Part shown: one piece after another, positions 36,232 to 37,259 of the stretch
How positions within the stretch are numbered: position 1 is the stretch's first letter
Layout: each line of letters starts with the position of its first letter
NCBI GenBank assembly: GCA_041742355.1
Contig: JBGSIV010000259.1
Span: 1 to 37,259 of the forward strand
Reading direction: 5' to 3'
DNA length: 37,259 bases
Origin: Candidatus Zixiibacteriota bacterium
GTDB lineage: Bacteria > Zixibacteria > MSB-5A5 > GN15 > FEB-12
Position numbers and translations under genes: made by a program
The notes under the pieces: generated by a model
Database searches by the model: none
Told to the model about the DNA's origin: nothing
The model's input: only the letters and a program-made list of their open reading frames with translations

Positions 36232-36748
36232 TGTGCTACCGGCACTACTCATGCACGTACACTTCTTCCGCCACCGGTTGCTTTCGGTTTTCTCTTTGCA
36301 GCGGGCAGAATCGTTACTACTAACTGTTGACCGCCCTCGCGGTAGAATGGAGTAGACTGTTCGCGACGATCATCCTCAAACTAATAGCACCTGCGCCGAC
36401 CGGTTCCACATACTGGCGGTCGAATAGCGAACCGTTGCGCTGAGGGCCAGACGCCGCTCCGCCACCGCTCGTCGCACAGTAGAACGCGGTGCCCCTGGCA
36501 GTATCTCGCCGGGCTGCAATCCATGGCTCGGGTGATGTCGCAGTCCGAAGTCGGACGATGGGCAGGTCGCAGGTCAGGTTATCAAGAATAGTGATGATTC
36601 GGAATCTTTGGAGCAGGAGATAGCTGCCCCGGAGCACATGTGGAGCCACCCGCGGTGCATAATATCCGGTCGTCACGCCAGCCGTCGCCAGCCGAGAATC
36701 GTTGCCGCCATGCGGCAATTAGTGCCGCCTGCACGACCGGCTCGCATT

Positions 36749-36817
36749 GGGAAGATACCGGGCACAGCGCGACGGTGACCGTCGGGAAGGGTCACTGTTG
36801 TGACCCGGTATATTCCC
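36749..36817 (+). other. Long imperfect inverted repeat (RNA hairpin, about 26 bp)
   Basis: GGGAAGATACCGGG / CCCGGTATATTCCC (13 of 14 pair) encloses CGCGACGGTGACC / GGTCACTGTTGTG (13 pairs, 3 of them G-U on the + strand). Confidence 0.6.
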
Positions 36818-37244
36818 GGCGACGGGCGCTGCGGCAGCTTGATCGATCCGTCGTCGCGATCGACCGATGTTCGTATGAACGGAATGCCAGTGGAGCCCGG
36901 TACTGGGGGGTCACCGGATCCTTGCTGACCATTGCATCCGATAATGAGAAGATCTCCATAGAGAAACCGGTCGGGCCGCAGCATGCGTCCCCGGCTGAAC
37001 CATCAACCGTTAAGAGACGAGAAGGAGACGCACTAAGAGGTTACATTATGGCACGCGCTCAAGTGAACAGAATGAACGCATCGCTGGACCGTTTTCCTGC
37101 ATTTGCCGGACCGGACAGCTCGCGGGTTAGGTGGCTCTCACCTGCAGGTTGTTCTACTACGGACCGTGAGGGGGTTCTGGGAAGCGTGTCTGGTAATCGT
37201 AAGTTCGTATCATCAACTGTTAACGAAGTAAGTAGGAGTACACA

Positions 37245-37259
37245 ATGAAACGCATCGCT
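37245..37259 (+). CDS. Start of a CDS running off the right edge (MKRIA...)
   Basis: AGGAG six nt before the ATG; basic N-terminus compatible with a signal peptide. Confidence 0.6.

Noticed and set aside
36775..36800. GGGAAGG / CACTG reminiscent of a cobalamin riboswitch B12 box
   Set aside because: The elements are in the wrong order and are explained by a simple hairpin.
36320..37047. ORFs 36320-36718 (-), 36673-36984 (-) and the 5' part of 36640-37248 (+)
   Set aside because: Mutually overlapping, no recognisable domains and no convincing RBS.
1..37259. Different codon endings in plus- and minus-strand genes as a sign of HGT; also CRISPR, tRNA, rRNA or IS elements
   Set aside because: The + strand looks C-rich throughout, so replication strand skew explains the codon difference. 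No repeat-spacer array, tRNA/rRNA signature, transposase or integrase was seen.

Overview
Bacterial, GC-rich, gene-dense chromosomal window. I found no rRNA, tRNA, CRISPR array or recognisable mobile element. (1) Positions 1-7.6 kb form a minus-strand stress/maintenance block: HPF/RaiA-cold-shock fusion, nicotinamidase-like cysteine hydrolase, lipoprotein Cu/Zn-SOD, phytoene-dehydrogenase-family flavoprotein, a two-gene SufC/SufBD pair matching the SUF-like minimal system (SmsCB), a membrane protein and a double PRC-barrel protein. (2) A divergent nicotinate phosphoribosyltransferase of eukaryote-like type ends tail-to-tail with a complete 13-gene E. coli-type complex I operon (nuoA-N, fused nuoCD, long NuoG), which is preceded by an orphan GalT-family gene. 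(3) On the plus strand follow glnS, two secreted proteins ending in the same Cys-flanked dockerin-like module (one behind a perfect TTGACA-N17-TATAAT promoter, one with a cohesin-like beta domain), a PAS-like/Zn-finger protein between them, and a four-gene Na+-translocating acyl-CoA decarboxylase operon (mmdADCB-like). (4) About 1.2 kb of mostly non-coding, hairpin-rich DNA precedes a CDS that starts at the window edge. The dockerin-like tails suggest candidate phylum Zixibacteria (inference only). The best candidates for novelty are the cohesin/dockerin-like secreted system, the structured leader at 36.2-37.2 kb, and the linkage of hibernation, NAD salvage, SMS and complex I genes. All calls come from reading the sequence and recalled motifs; no searches were run.
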